The notes under the pieces: model-generated
Seen by the model: the letters and a program-made list of their open reading frames with translations, nothing else
The model's database searches: none
What the model was told of the DNA's origin: nothing
Part shown: piece after piece, positions 1 through 14,751 of the stretch
Position numbering within the stretch: the stretch's first letter is position 1
Layout: the number at the start of each line of letters is the position of its first letter
Translations under genes and position numbers: made by a program
Assembly: GCA_964016885.1 (NCBI GenBank)
Contig: OZ024741.1
Span: forward strand, 102,982,001 to 103,046,000
Reading direction: 5' to 3'
Source: Eledone cirrhosa
Taxonomy: Eukaryota
Length of the DNA stretch: 64,000 nucleotides

Positions 1-193
1 AGAATATTCTAACTTTATACCAACATTTGCCTCCCTCAGTTTCAAAAGATCCCGTATAGGGTGAAAGCAGAAATTCTTTGCTTAAACCTTAATCTGTACT
101 AATAATAAATATTTGCTCTACGGGTTTATATATACTTTTAAATATATATACAATCCTTATCGAGCTCTCTTCGGATTTTTGCATTTAATATTG

Positions 194-263
<70 letters not shown>

Positions 264-702
264 CAATATTAAATGCAAAAATCTAAAATCTCTATCAAAA
301 ATCTAAAATCTCTATCTAAAATCTGTAATCTCTGCCTAAATGAAAAATTTACCATTATCTCTAACCTAGATTCTATAATAAATAGACGCACAGATTTGTT
401 TTCTATCTGCCTGCATAAATTCCATAGAACTTTTCACAAAGTATACAGTTAATATTCAATTCTTTATCAATTTAGAATCTTTTCTCAAAGGCACATATAC
501 ATACACCTCTTTAAAATATACCCATCTTCCTACCATACTTTAAAGGGCTTTACACACTCTATAATACTTGTTTACTCATTACCCTCATTCTATCTTCACC
601 TTGTAAAATCATTCATAACATATACATCTGTTTTTTTTTTTTGTTTTTTTTTTTTTGACGTTAGAATATTCATCCGCAATCATTATTTTTTTCTCTCTCC
701 AA

Positions 703-890
703 GGGCGGTGGATTGGCAGTATCGGTAGAGGGTCGGACGCCATGCTTTCCAGCATAGTTACGTCCCTTTACGATCTGAGTTCAAATCCCGCCGAGGTTGA
801 CTTTGCCTTTCATCCTTACGGGGTTGATAAAATAAAGTACCAGTAATGCACTAGTTAATTGCTGGCCTTGTGCCTAAAGTAGAAACAATT
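703..890 (+). mobile_element. tRNA-derived SINE (copies at ~7913..8096 -, 8098..8240 +, 8762..8948 -, 12697..12797 -, 18211..18375 +, 18667..18756 +, 45965..46059 +, 46730..47035 +, 51661..51790 +)
   Basis: A-box-like TGGCAGTATCGG and B-box GAGTTCAAATCCC. Conserved body GCCTTTCATCCTTACGGGGTCGATAAAATAAAGTACCAG and tail GCTGGCCTTGTGCC..TAGAAACAATTATT. Confidence 0.88.
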
Positions 891-1686
891 ATTTTTTTCT
901 CTCTCTCATAAATCTTTTTAATCTCAATTTCATCCTTAATTTATTATTTTTTTCTCCCCATCAACGAACTCATTCTTAATACATATTAACTCTATTCGCA
1001 TATATTATCAATTCCTCCAATATACAAACTTTAACTTCACATTATTTTTCTCAAATCCTTAATAATTTTTCTCTTCGTTAATTTTGAAATTGCCACAACA
1101 TACCCTTTTTTGACGTTAGAATATTCATCCACAATTATTATTTCTTCTCTCTATCTTCATACATAAATTCCCTTCGTTAATTTTCAAATTCCTTTAATTT
1201 ATACATTATCTTCCAACGGTTTCTCAACCTCTCTGTGTAAGGCAATGTATCTTTCTCTCAGTTATAAAAACTATCTCTTTCTCTCTATCGCCCATCTCTC
1301 CCTCTCCACCTTCACTCTCATCTCCTCCCCCTTTTTTTCATCCTTTCCACCCACCCCCCTCCCTAAATAAAATACTTTTTCCTCGCACATATCCTCCTTT
1401 CGTTGATTTTCAAAAATTTTTTGGGGGTTTATACATTATCTTCCAACGGTTTTCAACCTCTCTGTGTGGGACAGTATATCTCCTCTCAGTTATAAAAGCT
1501 ATCTCTTTCTCTCTATCACCCATCTCTCCCTCTCATCTCCTCCCCTTTTTCATCCTTCCCCCCCCCCCCTCTCTAAATAAAATATTTTTCCCAATATCAC
1601 ACATCAATCTAAAACCACTTTTCATATGTTGATTTAAAACTGCACTATCCACAGGTGTTTTTTAGCCTTCATATCATGTTCTCCTG

Positions 1687-1753
1687 TTTTATCTGATGAA
1701 AACACAAATATTATTGCATGATGATGTTTGTTTTTGAAATGCGCATAATAAAA
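1687..1753 (+). ncRNA. Type-I hammerhead ribozyme at the end of a PLE-like 3'UTR (~260..1790)
   Basis: TTTTAT-CTGATGA-AAACACAAATATT..GATGTTTGTTTTT-GAAA-TGCGCA-TA-ATAAAA. TGCGCA is palindromic. Confidence 0.78.
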
Positions 1754-1785
1754 TACATGGAACTCCTTTAACCATCTTTTGATCT

Positions 1786-1819
<34 letters not shown>

Positions 1820-2005
1820 AACAGATCAGATTAGAGCAAACATCACGGACGCTCTATCTCAAAATTATTTTTGAAAAGCATTAGAAAAACTTAAAACTAA
1901 AACTGAATACTAACCAATACTTATTACTAATTTTTAATTATTCCTAATTAAACTATTTTTCACTGGGAAAAATTTGTCAGCATTTTCTTTTCCTTTTACT
2001 AATAG

Positions 2006-2108
<103 letters not shown>

Positions 2109-2140
2109 TACACGGGTGTGTATGATTGTGTATAGAAGAT

Positions 2141-2538
2141 TATATTAATAAAAGGCATTCCAACTTTGTCTGATTTACTCGTTTTATTTACAATCCTTTA
2201 ACATTTATAATGGTATTAGAATGAAATAGTATGGTAGAATATTAAATGTTAAGTGTTAATTGAACAAGTAATTTCATGCTTTCGCAATCTTCAGGTTCAT
2301 AATGTGTGGTGACAGTCAAGTTTGCAATTTTCAACTGTGAAATTTGAAACAGTTGAAAATTGCAAACTTGACTGTCACCACACATTATGAATCTGAAGAT
2401 TGCTAAAGCATGAAAGTACTTGTTCAATTAACACTTAACATTTAATATTCTACCATACTATTTCATTCTAATACCATTATACATTTTAAAGGATTGTCAA
2501 TAAAACGAGTAAATCAGACAAAGTTGGAATTCCTTTTA

Positions 2539-2546
<8 letters not shown>
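2141..2546. mobile_element. Near-perfect hairpin element with ~198-bp arms, carrying a hammerhead motif in each arm
   Basis: Arms 2141..2338 and 2349..2546 with a 10-nt loop. A one-arm copy lies at 7320..7511. Confidence 0.85.
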
Positions 2547-2627
<81 letters not shown>

Positions 2628-2699
2628 TTCCGGTAAACATTGATGCAATTCAATTCAAGCACTCAACGTATTTTTTCCACATAGGAGAAACGGAGTATA

Positions 2700-3716
2700 T
2701 TTAGAATAAATATACTCCGAAATAGTTTCAGATGTTAAAGTCCTTTATTGATAATGCTGTGATTAATATTTCAATGACGACAGTCGCAACGCGATTCCAT
2801 GTACCCAGTGCCATGACATCATCAGGCAGCTTCTTACATAAGGTTACGTTCCCGAGGAAATCCAAAGTGAATAGACAAGGGAACGGACAAGGCGTGTGTT
2901 CTTGAAGCCTTCGCCCGTTCCCTTATGTAAGAAGCTGTCTGATGATGTCATGGCACTGGATACACGGAATCGTATGGCCATTGTCGTCATTAAAATTTAT
3001 GACTGTCCATAGATCCCAAATTAAAATACGGGAATACAGGAAAATACCACTGAGTGAACACATTGACACCTGTGCCGCCCAAAATCATCCCAACTTCAGA
3101 ATCTTTCCCCTCTACAAATTTAAAGATAATTCCACCCACACCCAGCGCATCAGCAAGGAATCTTACTTCATTAACAAATACGGACCCCGTCTAAACACTT
3201 CTCCCTAAGACGAACCCACAACAATACACACGTCAACATACATACCTACATCAGCACACATCTCTACCCACGACACACGTAACACACATGCTCTATGGTG
3301 CAATACAAAAAAATATATGTGCATATATATGTATGTATATATGTATATATTATATATATATATATGTAGTGAATATGTGTATGTGTATATATATATAGTG
3401 AATATCATTTCACACCTTTGATTGTTAAGATTTTTGATGTTCTATTAAGAGAACCGATTTTACTGAAAAAATCGAATAATGTACACCATTTTACCAGGGG
3501 GGAAAAAATACTGGTCCACCCACAGACACACACACACACACACACACATATATACACAAACACATACACACGCGTACATCAACATACAAAGAGACTTATA
3601 CACACACACACACGCACTTCTCCGTATAAGACAAAAGCTGAAAAATATCTTTTGACATGCTAAAATACTCCCCACTGCTTTCAGACACATTCTTACTGAC
3701 CATCGAATTACTCTGC

Positions 3717-3755
<39 letters not shown>

Positions 3756-3839
3756 ATCTTAATAGCCATTTGACACACATCGCTGCTGGCCATTGTCGCA
3801 GCATCGAACACCTTACTACTACTACTACACACACACACA

Positions 3840-3886
<47 letters not shown>

Positions 3887-4375
3887 ACACACACATATTT
3901 GTTGTGAAAGAGTCATTTCTCAATCTTGGCGCAAAAACCAATTTTTTATCCACATGACCTCTACCGACCAATCAAAATTGTTTTGACCAAGAATTTTTGC
4001 TGGAGCCACTTTTTTAACATAAAAACAGTCTTGGCGCAAAATCAACTTTTTACATTCACATGACCTCTACCGACCAATCAAAATTGTTTTGACCACAAGC
4101 ATTTTTGCAACACAAAAATAACGCTGGAGCCACTTTTTTAACATAAAAACAGGTAGAATTCCCAAAACTAATCAGATCAGAGCAAACAGCACGGACACTC
4201 TGTCTCAAAATTATTTTTGAAAAGCATTTAGAAATGCGCAACCGGTAAAAACTTAAAAACTTAAAACCACAACTGAATACTAACCCATACAATCACTAAT
4301 ACTCTTTTATTCCTAATTAAACCATTTTTCAACTGTGAACAATTTGTCAGCATTTTCTATTCCGTTTACCAACAT
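2700..4375 (+). mobile_element. PLE 3' fragment (GIY-YIG C-terminus 2999..3208 plus 3'UTR) joined to an inverted hammerhead module
   Basis: MTVHRSQIK..IPLSEHIDTCA..FRIFPLY..KESYFINKYGPRLN resembles the end of the 38097..40008 ORF. Inverted repeat ~2771..2843 / ~2921..2995. Confidence 0.75.
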
Positions 4376-4441
4376 ATATATTATATATATAAATGAAAAG
4401 TATAGAAATTAGTGTAGCAAGAAGCCAACAGTATTCCATTA

Positions 4442-4523
<82 letters not shown>

Positions 4524-4587
4524 TATATATATATATATAATATATATATATACATATATATACATATATACATATATACATATATAC

Positions 4588-4990
4588 ATGGTGGCTGCCT
4601 ACTCGTTTTCGAGTACAGCCACTACTTTATATCCATGTAGGAGAACTCCTACCGATGCACTGAACGAATGTGACTTTTTAGTGCAGCCAGCGACTTGAAA
4701 ACTCTGGTACAAACACTACACTTGTGACAATTATTGACACATAGTGCTGGGCCCATGGTATCATGTGACGACAAGTGCAGAGAGATCTCCAGATACAAAG
4801 CAATGCCTGTGCCCGTGAAGCTTTTATAGTGAGGCAAAGGCACTGCACAAAGCCAGTCCCACTCTCTTAACCAAGATGATATTTACCAAAAAGAAGAACA
4901 AGTCAACATCATTGGATACCATCAGGGTTGCAGGTGTTATATCAGAGTTTTCCTTCTCTAGAATTCTGCCTTGACAAAGGCTAAGGGGTC
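4588..4990 (-). mobile_element. Probable RTE-derived 3' fragment ending in a C2H2-like motif (second copy ~57430..57688, +)
   Basis: CSVCTRVFKSLAALKSHIRSVHR* followed by a short 3'UTR and a TA tail. The two dispersed copies are in opposite orientations. Confidence 0.6.
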
Positions 4991-4999
4991 ATCTCATAT

Positions 5000-5045
<46 letters not shown>

Positions 5046-5110
5046 AAAAGTATACAAATTAGTGTAGCAAGAAGCCAACAGTATTCCATAATATATATAT
5101 ATATTATATA

Positions 5111-5202
<92 letters not shown>

Positions 5203-5227
5203 TACATATATACATATATACATATAT

Positions 5228-5270
<43 letters not shown>

Positions 5271-5462
5271 CTATATATATATATATATATAACAAAGGAA
5301 ATGTGGTAAGGAACCAGGTGGACCATAACGCACCAAAGTACTCAATACTTAGGGTAGTAGAGTGGGTAATAGGAACAAGTAGGACCCCGACGGCTGAGCT
5401 CAAGCCGATTCGACTCAGCCGTCGAAACGGCTTGAGCTCAGGCCGTCGGGGTCTTACTTGTT

Positions 5463-5538
<76 letters not shown>

Positions 5539-6894
5539 TCTTGAGTATATGTTGGTTGTATACCAACACGTCAGTATGCAGGCTGGAGCACTCGACGAAG
5601 TGCGGAGGGTTGGGTTTGGTTACTTTATATATATATATGCACATACACAATTTATTTCAGATAGACTAGAACTATTTCCTGATGATTTTACCACTGAATG
5701 AAATTTTATCTTAAATAAGTTATGCAACTTCTCTACTTGTTTGACTGTGTTCTCTCCGTTCCTCTACAGAATATTATTCTTTTATCATATGTGGGAAGCA
5801 GCGAGTACATCTCTGTGTGTCTGTGTGTGAGGAAAGCTTTAAGATGCAGTCAGAAATTGAGCCTGCTCTTATATGCCCTCCAATATTTCTCTATACCTTG
5901 AACAGAATTTGATAGTTCAATAATTAAATTTTTAAAATATCGATCTGTCAACTTAATTAAAATTATTAGATGAGATATTTAAATCATTTACATCTCTACG
6001 ATATTGGTTATTACTATAATAATACATTTTATCAACAGTAGCTTGTTCATGCATGTAAAAGCAGGCATTTTGATAATTGCACCTTGGAGTGTTATACTTA
6101 CATAGTACATACATATACGTATATACATAATTACACACATACATTCAAGCCCGCAATCTCTCTCTTCCTCTCTCTCTCTCTCTCTCTCCCTCTCCCTCTC
6201 TCTCTCACTCTCTCCCTCTCCCTCTCTCTCACTCTCTCCCTCTCTCTCTCTCCACACACATATATATACATATATATGTTTGTGTGTGTGTGTGTGTATG
6301 TGTGTGTAACGTATTTCAATGTAAATATATAGTAACGTATGATGGATCCTCCGTCGTATTCGACAAGAAGCCTTCACTCGCCCGAACAACTGAACATCCG
6401 ATTGGTGAATTAACGTGTAAAGGATTGAATATTCCACAGACGCGTGTACTTTTTATATAATTCACAAGCTGATTTCAATGCAAAGTAATATGTGACAAAG
6501 CTGTCCTTTGAATTACAACGGAAATTCCTCCTACGCCCTTCCAAGATGTCCATCAATGCAATTTCACTCATAAGATGTGAGTCAGCCTGAGATTCTTGCC
6601 TATGATGTCACGCAATTGACTCGAACTCAAGACATCATGATTGTGAAGAAAACCTCTTCACCATTTAGCCAGGACTACTTCCCCATCTATAATAATATAT
6701 GTGTAAAATCCCTGGTGCTATCTGAGAAACCAGAAGCTAGGCCGATCGTCTTATAGTCTCGCTCTCTCTCTCCTCTCTCGCTTTTTCCCTCTCTCTCCCT
6801 CTCTCTCTCTTTCTCCCCTCTCTCTCATTCCCCTCCCTTTTCGATAAAGGAAATCTTCTTAATATTCCAGTAATTAAACATTCAATATATCGAT

Positions 6895-7094
6895 NNNNNN
6901 NNNNNNNNNNNNNNNNNNNNNNNNNNNNNNNNNNNNNNNNNNNNNNNNNNNNNNNNNNNNNNNNNNNNNNNNNNNNNNNNNNNNNNNNNNNNNNNNNNNN
7001 NNNNNNNNNNNNNNNNNNNNNNNNNNNNNNNNNNNNNNNNNNNNNNNNNNNNNNNNNNNNNNNNNNNNNNNNNNNNNNNNNNNNNNNNNNNNNN
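6895..7094. other. Assembly gap
   Basis: 200 consecutive N. Confidence 1.
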
Positions 7095-7168
7095 ATATAT
7101 ATATATATATATATATATAGTTGCAATTATAGTTCATAAATGAATAGATGAGTTTGTAAGTATGTGAA

Positions 7169-7218
<50 letters not shown>

Positions 7219-7221
<3 letters not shown>

Positions 7222-7297
7222 GGTGTCCCAGAAAATGTATACACACTTCAAAAGCATTCTAATAAAAGTTTGTATACATTTTGGAGGGGACACCCTG
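7219..7297. mobile_element. 79-bp Tc1/mariner-type MITE
   Basis: CAGGGTGTCCC..AAAATGTATAC / GTATACATTTT..GGGACACCCTG inverted termini, inside (TA)n. Confidence 0.8.
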
Positions 7298-7437
7298 TAT
7301 ATATATATATATATATATATATTAATAAAAAGAATTCCAACTTTGTCTGATTTACTCGTTTTATTTACAATCCTTTAAAATTTATAATGGTATTAGAATG
7401 AAATAGTATAGTAGAATATTAAATGTTAAGTGTTAAT

Positions 7438-7476
7438 TGAACAAGTACTTTCATGCTTTCGCAATCTTCAGGTTCA
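7438..7476 (-). ncRNA. Minimal type-I hammerhead ribozyme (copies at 2261..2299 -, 2388..2426 +)
   Basis: Minus strand: TGAAC-CTGAAGA-TTGC gaaa GCAT-GAAA-GTAC-TT-GTTCA. Stem I is a perfect 5 bp, loop II is GNRA, and AAGTACTT is palindromic. Confidence 0.78.
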
Positions 7477-9264
7477 CATTCTGTGGTGACAGTCAAGTTT
7501 GCAATTTTCAAAATATATATAAAGATTCAGGTCCATCCACTCTACAACCCCAAGTATCGAGTACGCTGGTGCGTTCTGGTTCACCTGGTATCTTACTGAC
7601 CCTCTTTGTTATATATATATATATATATATATAGTTGCATATGCAGTATATGAATGAATAAATAAGTATGTATGTGTTTGTGTGTTTATGCGTGTGTTTT
7701 ATATCACGTCACTCGCCGGCAACTAAGCCGGCTACAGAATCTGACTTACTTGGTGAGGAGGGTGATTTTAGAACACTTCGATCGACTCTAGTTTTAAAGT
7801 GTTGTCCTTTGTTTGCTTCTCTGTATCAGAACATAATACTCAACTACTTTAATAATGGTTTCCGATTTAGGGACAAGGCCAACAATTTTGGGGGAGGGGG
7901 TATTATTTCAATTTATTTTTCTACTTTAGGCACAAGGTCAGCAATTACCTCAGTGCATTATTGGTGCTTTATTCTATCGACCCCCGTAAGGATGAAAATC
8001 AAAGTGAACCTCGGCGGGACTTGAGTTTAGACCGCAAAGAGCCGTAACTCTATGCAGCAAAGCATGGCTTCCAACCCTCTGCCGATATTGCTAACGCGGA
8101 GAAGTAGCAGAATCGTCAGAACGTCGGATAGAATGCTTTGAGGTATTCGTCCCGACTATTTGCATTCTGAGTTCAAACTCGGCCGATGTCAATTTTGCCG
8201 TTCAACATTTCGTGGTTGTTGAATAAAGTACCAATCAAGTAATGACATAATCAAGCAGTGATGTAATCTCTCCTATTGTTTTTCTCTGGAAAAATCTGCT
8301 GAGTTCAGACGTAGAGAAGGATGTGATCTGTCGAGTTTAAATACCTATGACTTGGTGGTCCCAATACGGCTCCATCAGGAGTTAGGGCTTGCAGATGCAT
8401 AACTAAATCATATATCGAGTTTAATTACGATTTTTTTTCTCGAATGTGTTGTCTACAAGCTATGAAAAATGAATCAATATCTTGAATAGATGGATCAATG
8501 TGTTATAGTGAACAGGTGGTAAATATGAACCCATATCTAGCATAGATCGACAAATGTGAAATAGTTTTAAATTCATGGTTTGAGTGCTAAGCGATTAAAT
8601 CATCGTGGGTTCAAATACCAAATATATTTCAAATTATTCTCTTATTAGTTAACATAAGCGATGAATTGTGAGAGTTGATTAAAAAGTTTGAATTGAAATG
8701 CTTTCCTACTTTGCATTCGTCAACTTTGACTTTCATTTTTATTTCGGTAGTAAATAAATATAATTGGTTCTACATTTGGCACAAGGCCAGCAATTACCCA
8801 GTACATTACTGATACTTTATTTTATCGACCCCGTAAGGATGAAAGGGGGAAAGTTAACCTCGGCGGGATTTGAACTCAGACCATAAAGGGCCGTAACTCT
8901 TTGCTGCAAAGCATGGCGTCAGACCCTCTACTGATACTGCCAATCCGTTTTGTACTGAAGTTCATTCTTCTTTGTCACTCTCACACTCTCTTTCATATGA
9001 ATATGTATCGCCAACACAATCTTTTTATATCTTTCTACTTATAACTCTCAGGAAGAAAATCAGCTGTTGTTAAACCTTGAAAGGTATGGGCGCCACCAGA
9101 TTTTAAATGTCCCCAACGTCTTCATTAAGTGTAATTGTATCAATTATCATTAATTGATTAACACGTTATTCTGTATTTATAAATATAACTCGTGCTCTAT
9201 TCTTTATATGACGTTAGGAAGAGACTATTACAGTCTACACGTAAAAACCAATAGTACAAATACT

Positions 9265-9402
<138 letters not shown>

Positions 9403-9906
9403 TATACATACGTACACACCCCACACGCACACATATATATATATGTATGTATGTATGTATATGTATATATAATATATAATATATATATACATATATATAA
9501 ATGAACAAGTATTGTGTGTTTGTGTGCGTGCTTGTATGTATAAGTACATAATTAATTGAAAATATTTTTTTTTTTGTACTATACGTGTAAGAACTTGTTT
9601 TTAAAATATTTTTTTTTAATTTTAATCAATTCGTGATTATTATAAGCTATTGATATTTCATTATTGTTGTTTTACTGCATTGTGAAAAAATTGCATTTCC
9701 TTCAACTGTCACGAAGTCCTTGTATTAAGGTACACTCAGAGGGGTCTTCCCTGAACGAAGGAGTGCATTCATAAATAGAAACATATGGTAGTATTCAACC
9801 AGATATGACGGAAAGTACAAGTAACACATGGTATGTCATGAAAGTTACCTAAACGATGTAGATATCAACAGTCGTATACATGTCTATTTGGTTGATTCAT
9901 TCATTG

Positions 9907-10024
<118 letters not shown>

Positions 10025-10255
10025 GCTCTAACCGGGATTGATTGATGCATATTCTATATTACATATAAGATTGGCACTTTCCAGACCGATAAGTTGAGCA
10101 CTCTACAGTTTTCAGGAAATTAACCAACATACACCATGGACATTTATGTTGTTTATTACATAACTAATAAGCTCTGTAACCTACATAGAGCACTCTTTTT
10201 TCCTGGACCTTTCCGACGGAATTACTTCATATATATATATATATATATATATATA

Positions 10256-10665
10256 CGAGGGTAATCCCAAAAGTAAGGTCTCCAAAGTGATAGGGACGCA
10301 GAGAAACTATTTTGTTGCGGCTGTTGGCAACACTGTTGTGATTTGTACTTCCTTCACTTCCAAACAAGCATGCGCACGCTTCACTGGGATGCTCAAACTT
10401 GGCTTGGCAGCCGTTGAGAATGGAGCTCCCGTTGAACGCTACCGCCAAGTGCGAATTTCGCGCAGTTATTATATAGAGGGCAATCCCCAAAGTAAGGTCT
10501 CCTTCCGAGGAAAACATGTGTAAAGATCGGCGGATCCCTTTGGATGCTCTCTGCATTTTGGTTCCTGAGGTTTCCCGAAGCACCATCCACAGGATTTTAA
10601 CGGAAAAGTAGCAATACCGGAAGTTGCAATATCGGAAGGAGACCTTACTTTTGAGATTGCCCTCG
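10256..10665 (+). mobile_element. Compound mariner-derived MITE with three TIR copies
   Basis: CGAGGGTAATCCCAAAAGTAAGGTCTCC ... GGAGACCTTACTTTTGAGATTGCCCTCG with TA on both sides. An internal TIR copy lies at ~10476..10502. A transposase-start-like MELPLNATAKCEFRAVI lies at 10420..10470. Confidence 0.85.
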
Positions 10666-10762
10666 TACATAATACATATATATGTTCGACAGCTAGATCC
10701 GAACAGTTCGCATCTAGCTGTCGAAACAGCCGGAGCTCAGCCATCGGGGTCCTGAATCTTTT

Positions 10763-10804
<42 letters not shown>

Positions 10805-12074
10805 CGAGGGGGCATCAAAAAGTTCGTTGAAGAGGGACAGTTGGAAAAAACTGTTTAAGTTATGATGTATATTTTTCAACATAATCTCCATCTGGGTCAA
10901 CACACTTCTGCAAACGTTGATACCAGAATTTAAGTCTATCTGTGTAAAACTGAGGGCCTTGCGATTTAAACCATGTCACAGCACCTTTTTTTTACATCTT
11001 CAACTAATAGAAATTGGGTATCTTTCAATGATTTTTTCAGGTATGGAAACAAAAAAAAGTGGGGCTAAATTGGTACTATAAGGTAGGTGTCAGATGTTTT
11101 CCTATGCAAATTCGCGTAATAAAGCTCGAGTCGGCCGAGCACCGTGAGTGAGCGCATTGTCGTGGTGGAAGAGGAAGCTCTGATGCAGTTTCCCATGGCG
11201 TTTTTCCGCAATTTTCTTGGCTAGTTTTCTCAAAACACCTTCATAATATGCAGCTCTAATTGTTCTCTTGTTCTCAGGGAAGTCAACCAGCAAAACCCCT
11301 TCTGCCTCCCAGAAGCTAGTAGACCGTCACTCTAAAACGCACCGAGTTTGCCTTGACTTGCCCACTTCCACTCCTAGGCAGCCACTGCTTCGATTGAATA
11401 TTGTCCTCGAGATTCTACTGGTAGAGCCATGTTTCATCCCCGATAACAATTCTCTGCAGAAACGCATCAGCGTCTTCATCCTATTTGTTCAAAATTTCCA
11501 TCGAAAGATCTGCTCTTGCTTGCAACTGATCTTGGCGCAACAGCTTTGGGACCCATCGAGCAGAAGCTCAGCTCCAAACTCTCCACCATAATCGCGTGTA
11601 CAGAAACAACGGAGATGTTCAGTGTGTCGGCTACTGATTTAGTGGTTATTCGCCTATCCTTTTCAATTAGGTCGCGAAAAGCATCGATGTTTTCCGCACA
11701 GACTGACGTGGATGGCCTTCCACTGACGGGATTATCTTCAACCTCATCTCTTCCACTACTAAAACGAGTTATCCATGTGTAGGTTGTTGATATCTTTGGG
11801 TCATTGTCCCCATAAACTTGTTCCAGAGTGTCAATGATTTGGATGCTCTTCCACCCTAGCTTCACCATGAACTTGATGTTTGTTCTAGCCTTAATTTTGA
11901 TGGAGGCCAAGTTGATCGAGTGGGTGCTGACTTCCGATTGGCGGTGCCGCGTTGCCACATGCATTGAAGGGTTCATATTAGAACATTTTATGACACGTTA
12001 GTACGAAATTGTACAGGTGCATTGAAATCAAATTACCAGCATATGAATTTTAGCTATGTACTATTTCCACGAAC
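10805..12074 (-). mobile_element. Degenerate mariner transposon
   Basis: TA-CGAGGGGGCATCAAAAAGTT terminus. Transposase fragments: HTH (RTNIKFMVKLGWKSIQIIDTLEQVYGD..SGRPST) at 11476..11976 and AAYY..FLFHHDNA at 11102..11293. Frameshifted, and the second TIR tip is missing. Confidence 0.88.
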
Positions 12075-13165
12075 ACACATACATACATACGTACACACAC
12101 ACATATATATATAAAGTTAATTTTCGGAAGGAAGAATACGTTGTTTATCACTTGAGTAAATTAAATAATAATATAACATTATTTCTAATTTGTGTCCTGT
12201 GCACGAGATACAAATTTAACTGGTATTATAAGAGTAGTCAAACTGGAAATTCCCTGTTTCTATGTTCGCATCTATTAATGTGGGGATGTAATGGTTTATT
12301 TTCAAAGTGAATTTTCTTTATAAACTATTTCTCCACTTCTTGTCGACAATCTGGATCATTTCCTGGATATTTATGAAAAGGGAATATTTGAATTTTCTGT
12401 TCCCGCAAATGTTTAATGTTTGCTTAGTGGAGTGTTTATTATTTGTAGTTTCTGCATCTGTTATCTGTGTCCTCTGACCTTTTCGCACATATAGTTACCG
12501 TTCTAAACAATATAGTTCACCTTGCAGCCAAAACTGACTATACAATGTATCGGATTTTCTGTTTTACAGTTCATTTTTGCAAATATCGTTAGATGACTGT
12601 CCGTTTTCTTTTAATTTCATCTCGGAACCAATTTTCAAAACGTTACAGACATATTTTACAAAAAGACAGACACACACCAATATCTAAACTACCAATAATT
12701 GTTTCTACTTTAGGCACAAGGCCAGCAATCACCCAGTGCATTACTGGTACTTTATTTTATCGACCCCGTAAGGATGAAAGGCAAAGTCAACCTCACCAAT
12801 AATGCCACCCAACACATTTCATACTGCATGCGCAATAGTGCTTGATCCAGAAATATAGTAATTTTTTTTAGAAATGTATAGGCTTTCTTAAACAACAAAA
12901 ATATCCCTTCAATTTAATTGAAGCCAGAATTAAAACGACAAACGAACTGAACTTAGGTCACCTAGACAAAAAATTGAGAAAGACATCCCATTTGTCAGCG
13001 TTATGATCCAGATTTGCTACTATTAAGGCAAATCTGCCGATTTTGTTGCCAAAGCACAAAAATGAAAAGTCAAAATTTTATATTATCCTGTACACTACCG
13101 TAGACATTTATTCTTATAAATATGTATATGTATGTATGTGTGTATGTATGTATGTTTTTTTCACG

Positions 13166-13225
<60 letters not shown>

Positions 13226-13383
13226 TGTGTGCGTGAAAGAACAAATTAAAAACTTTTTGACAGAGTGTAGAGTTCGTGTGGCAGACGGACCAAATACATA
13301 CATAATACACAACCGAAAGAATGATATTGATTGAATATTGCAAGCATATTTACGCGCAGATGATTTAACACACTTACATTTTT

Positions 13384-13418
<35 letters not shown>

Positions 13419-14261
13419 TATCAACACAATTAACTACACACATATTTATACATATGTCTAAACCTATCTACACACGCTCAAATATTATTAATTAATCACA
13501 GTGGGCCATTAAATATATCGAAAAGACAGAAATTTCTAGACTAATTATTTTGATATAGGACATAAAAAACAAAGAGATAAAGATAAATATATAACAACAT
13601 AATCATACATATAATATTTTAAAAATAGCAACATATGTACAGGCGTAGGCATGGTGGTGTGGTTAAGAGGTTCATTTTGTAACTACATGATTTCGGGTTC
13701 AGTCGCAGTGCAGCTGAAATTTGGTAGATGTGAAATCTGCCATTGTTGATTTAGTGTTGATTTTGTTGTCGAGTGGTAAACACGCCGGTTTTCGTCAAGT
13801 TCCATCCGTTGTTACGAAATAATTTCTCTTTAGTTTTTCATAATTTGAATGGGTTCCAGAAATGTAAGAACACAAAGACTTGTTAAAATAGAATTTATTA
13901 ATTAATTTTGTTTTTTCTGTCACAGAAAAGAAGAAAATGAAAACAAGAAAGTCTGGTTTGTTGCTTGAGAGAAAGCCCAAGGAGGAGTGTCCTGGCTATA
14001 TCGTCCACCGGCTTCGAAGGGCTGAAACCCCTCTCGCTGTGTGTCTTAGCTATATCGTCCATCGGTTTCGCAGAGCTGAAGTCCGGCACGCCTCGGACGC
14101 TCTAGCTGTGTGTCTATGGCTTGCATTGGCATCGCTAGGTATTGCCCTGCTAGCCACGCAAGCCCTAGCATTGTGTCTGGCTATAGCTTCCATTGGCTAT
14201 AGTAATCATCATCATCATGTATATATATATGCACATACACTCACACACAAACACGCACACG

Positions 14262-14318
<57 letters not shown>

Positions 14319-14406
14319 AGTGTGAAAGCCGAAGCTCATTACTGCTATTTTGTGGATGTGTATATTTCACAAGATCCTTTTATTGGAGAAGTTATGAAAT
14401 TCTTAA

Positions 14407-14718
14407 TCTATATTACTAAAACAGAGAATGTATGTCCAATCACTAAAACTCGAGAACCACCCAACCGAGTCTTTTCAAACTTTACACATGTAATACTTAT
14501 GGTTCCGTGAGTGATCTGAGCAAAAACATTTCTAATTTTCAATGCCCTAGAGACTGCATTAGGCGATTTAGCGATCTCTCTCTATAATTCTTAGTCTTTC
14601 TCTTTCTAGATAGAACATAGATATAACGTCGTGCCCTTATAATATCTGTCTGTATGCCTGACTGTCTGCATTACGTCATTATGACGCGATCGGTGTGTGT
14701 AAGTATATATGTATATAT

Positions 14719-14751
<33 letters not shown>

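Noticed and set aside
703-795. Possible tRNA gene (A and B boxes)
   Set aside because: No cloverleaf. The box spacing and conserved downstream body show it is a SINE head.
4649-4843. C2H2 zinc-finger gene exon
   Set aside because: A single finger-like motif in a dispersed repeat with a TA tail (second copy at ~57.5 kb). It fits a LINE 3' end better.
5675-5725. CTGATGA...GAAA hammerhead-like core
   Set aside because: No convincing stem I or stem III pairing. At best a decayed copy.
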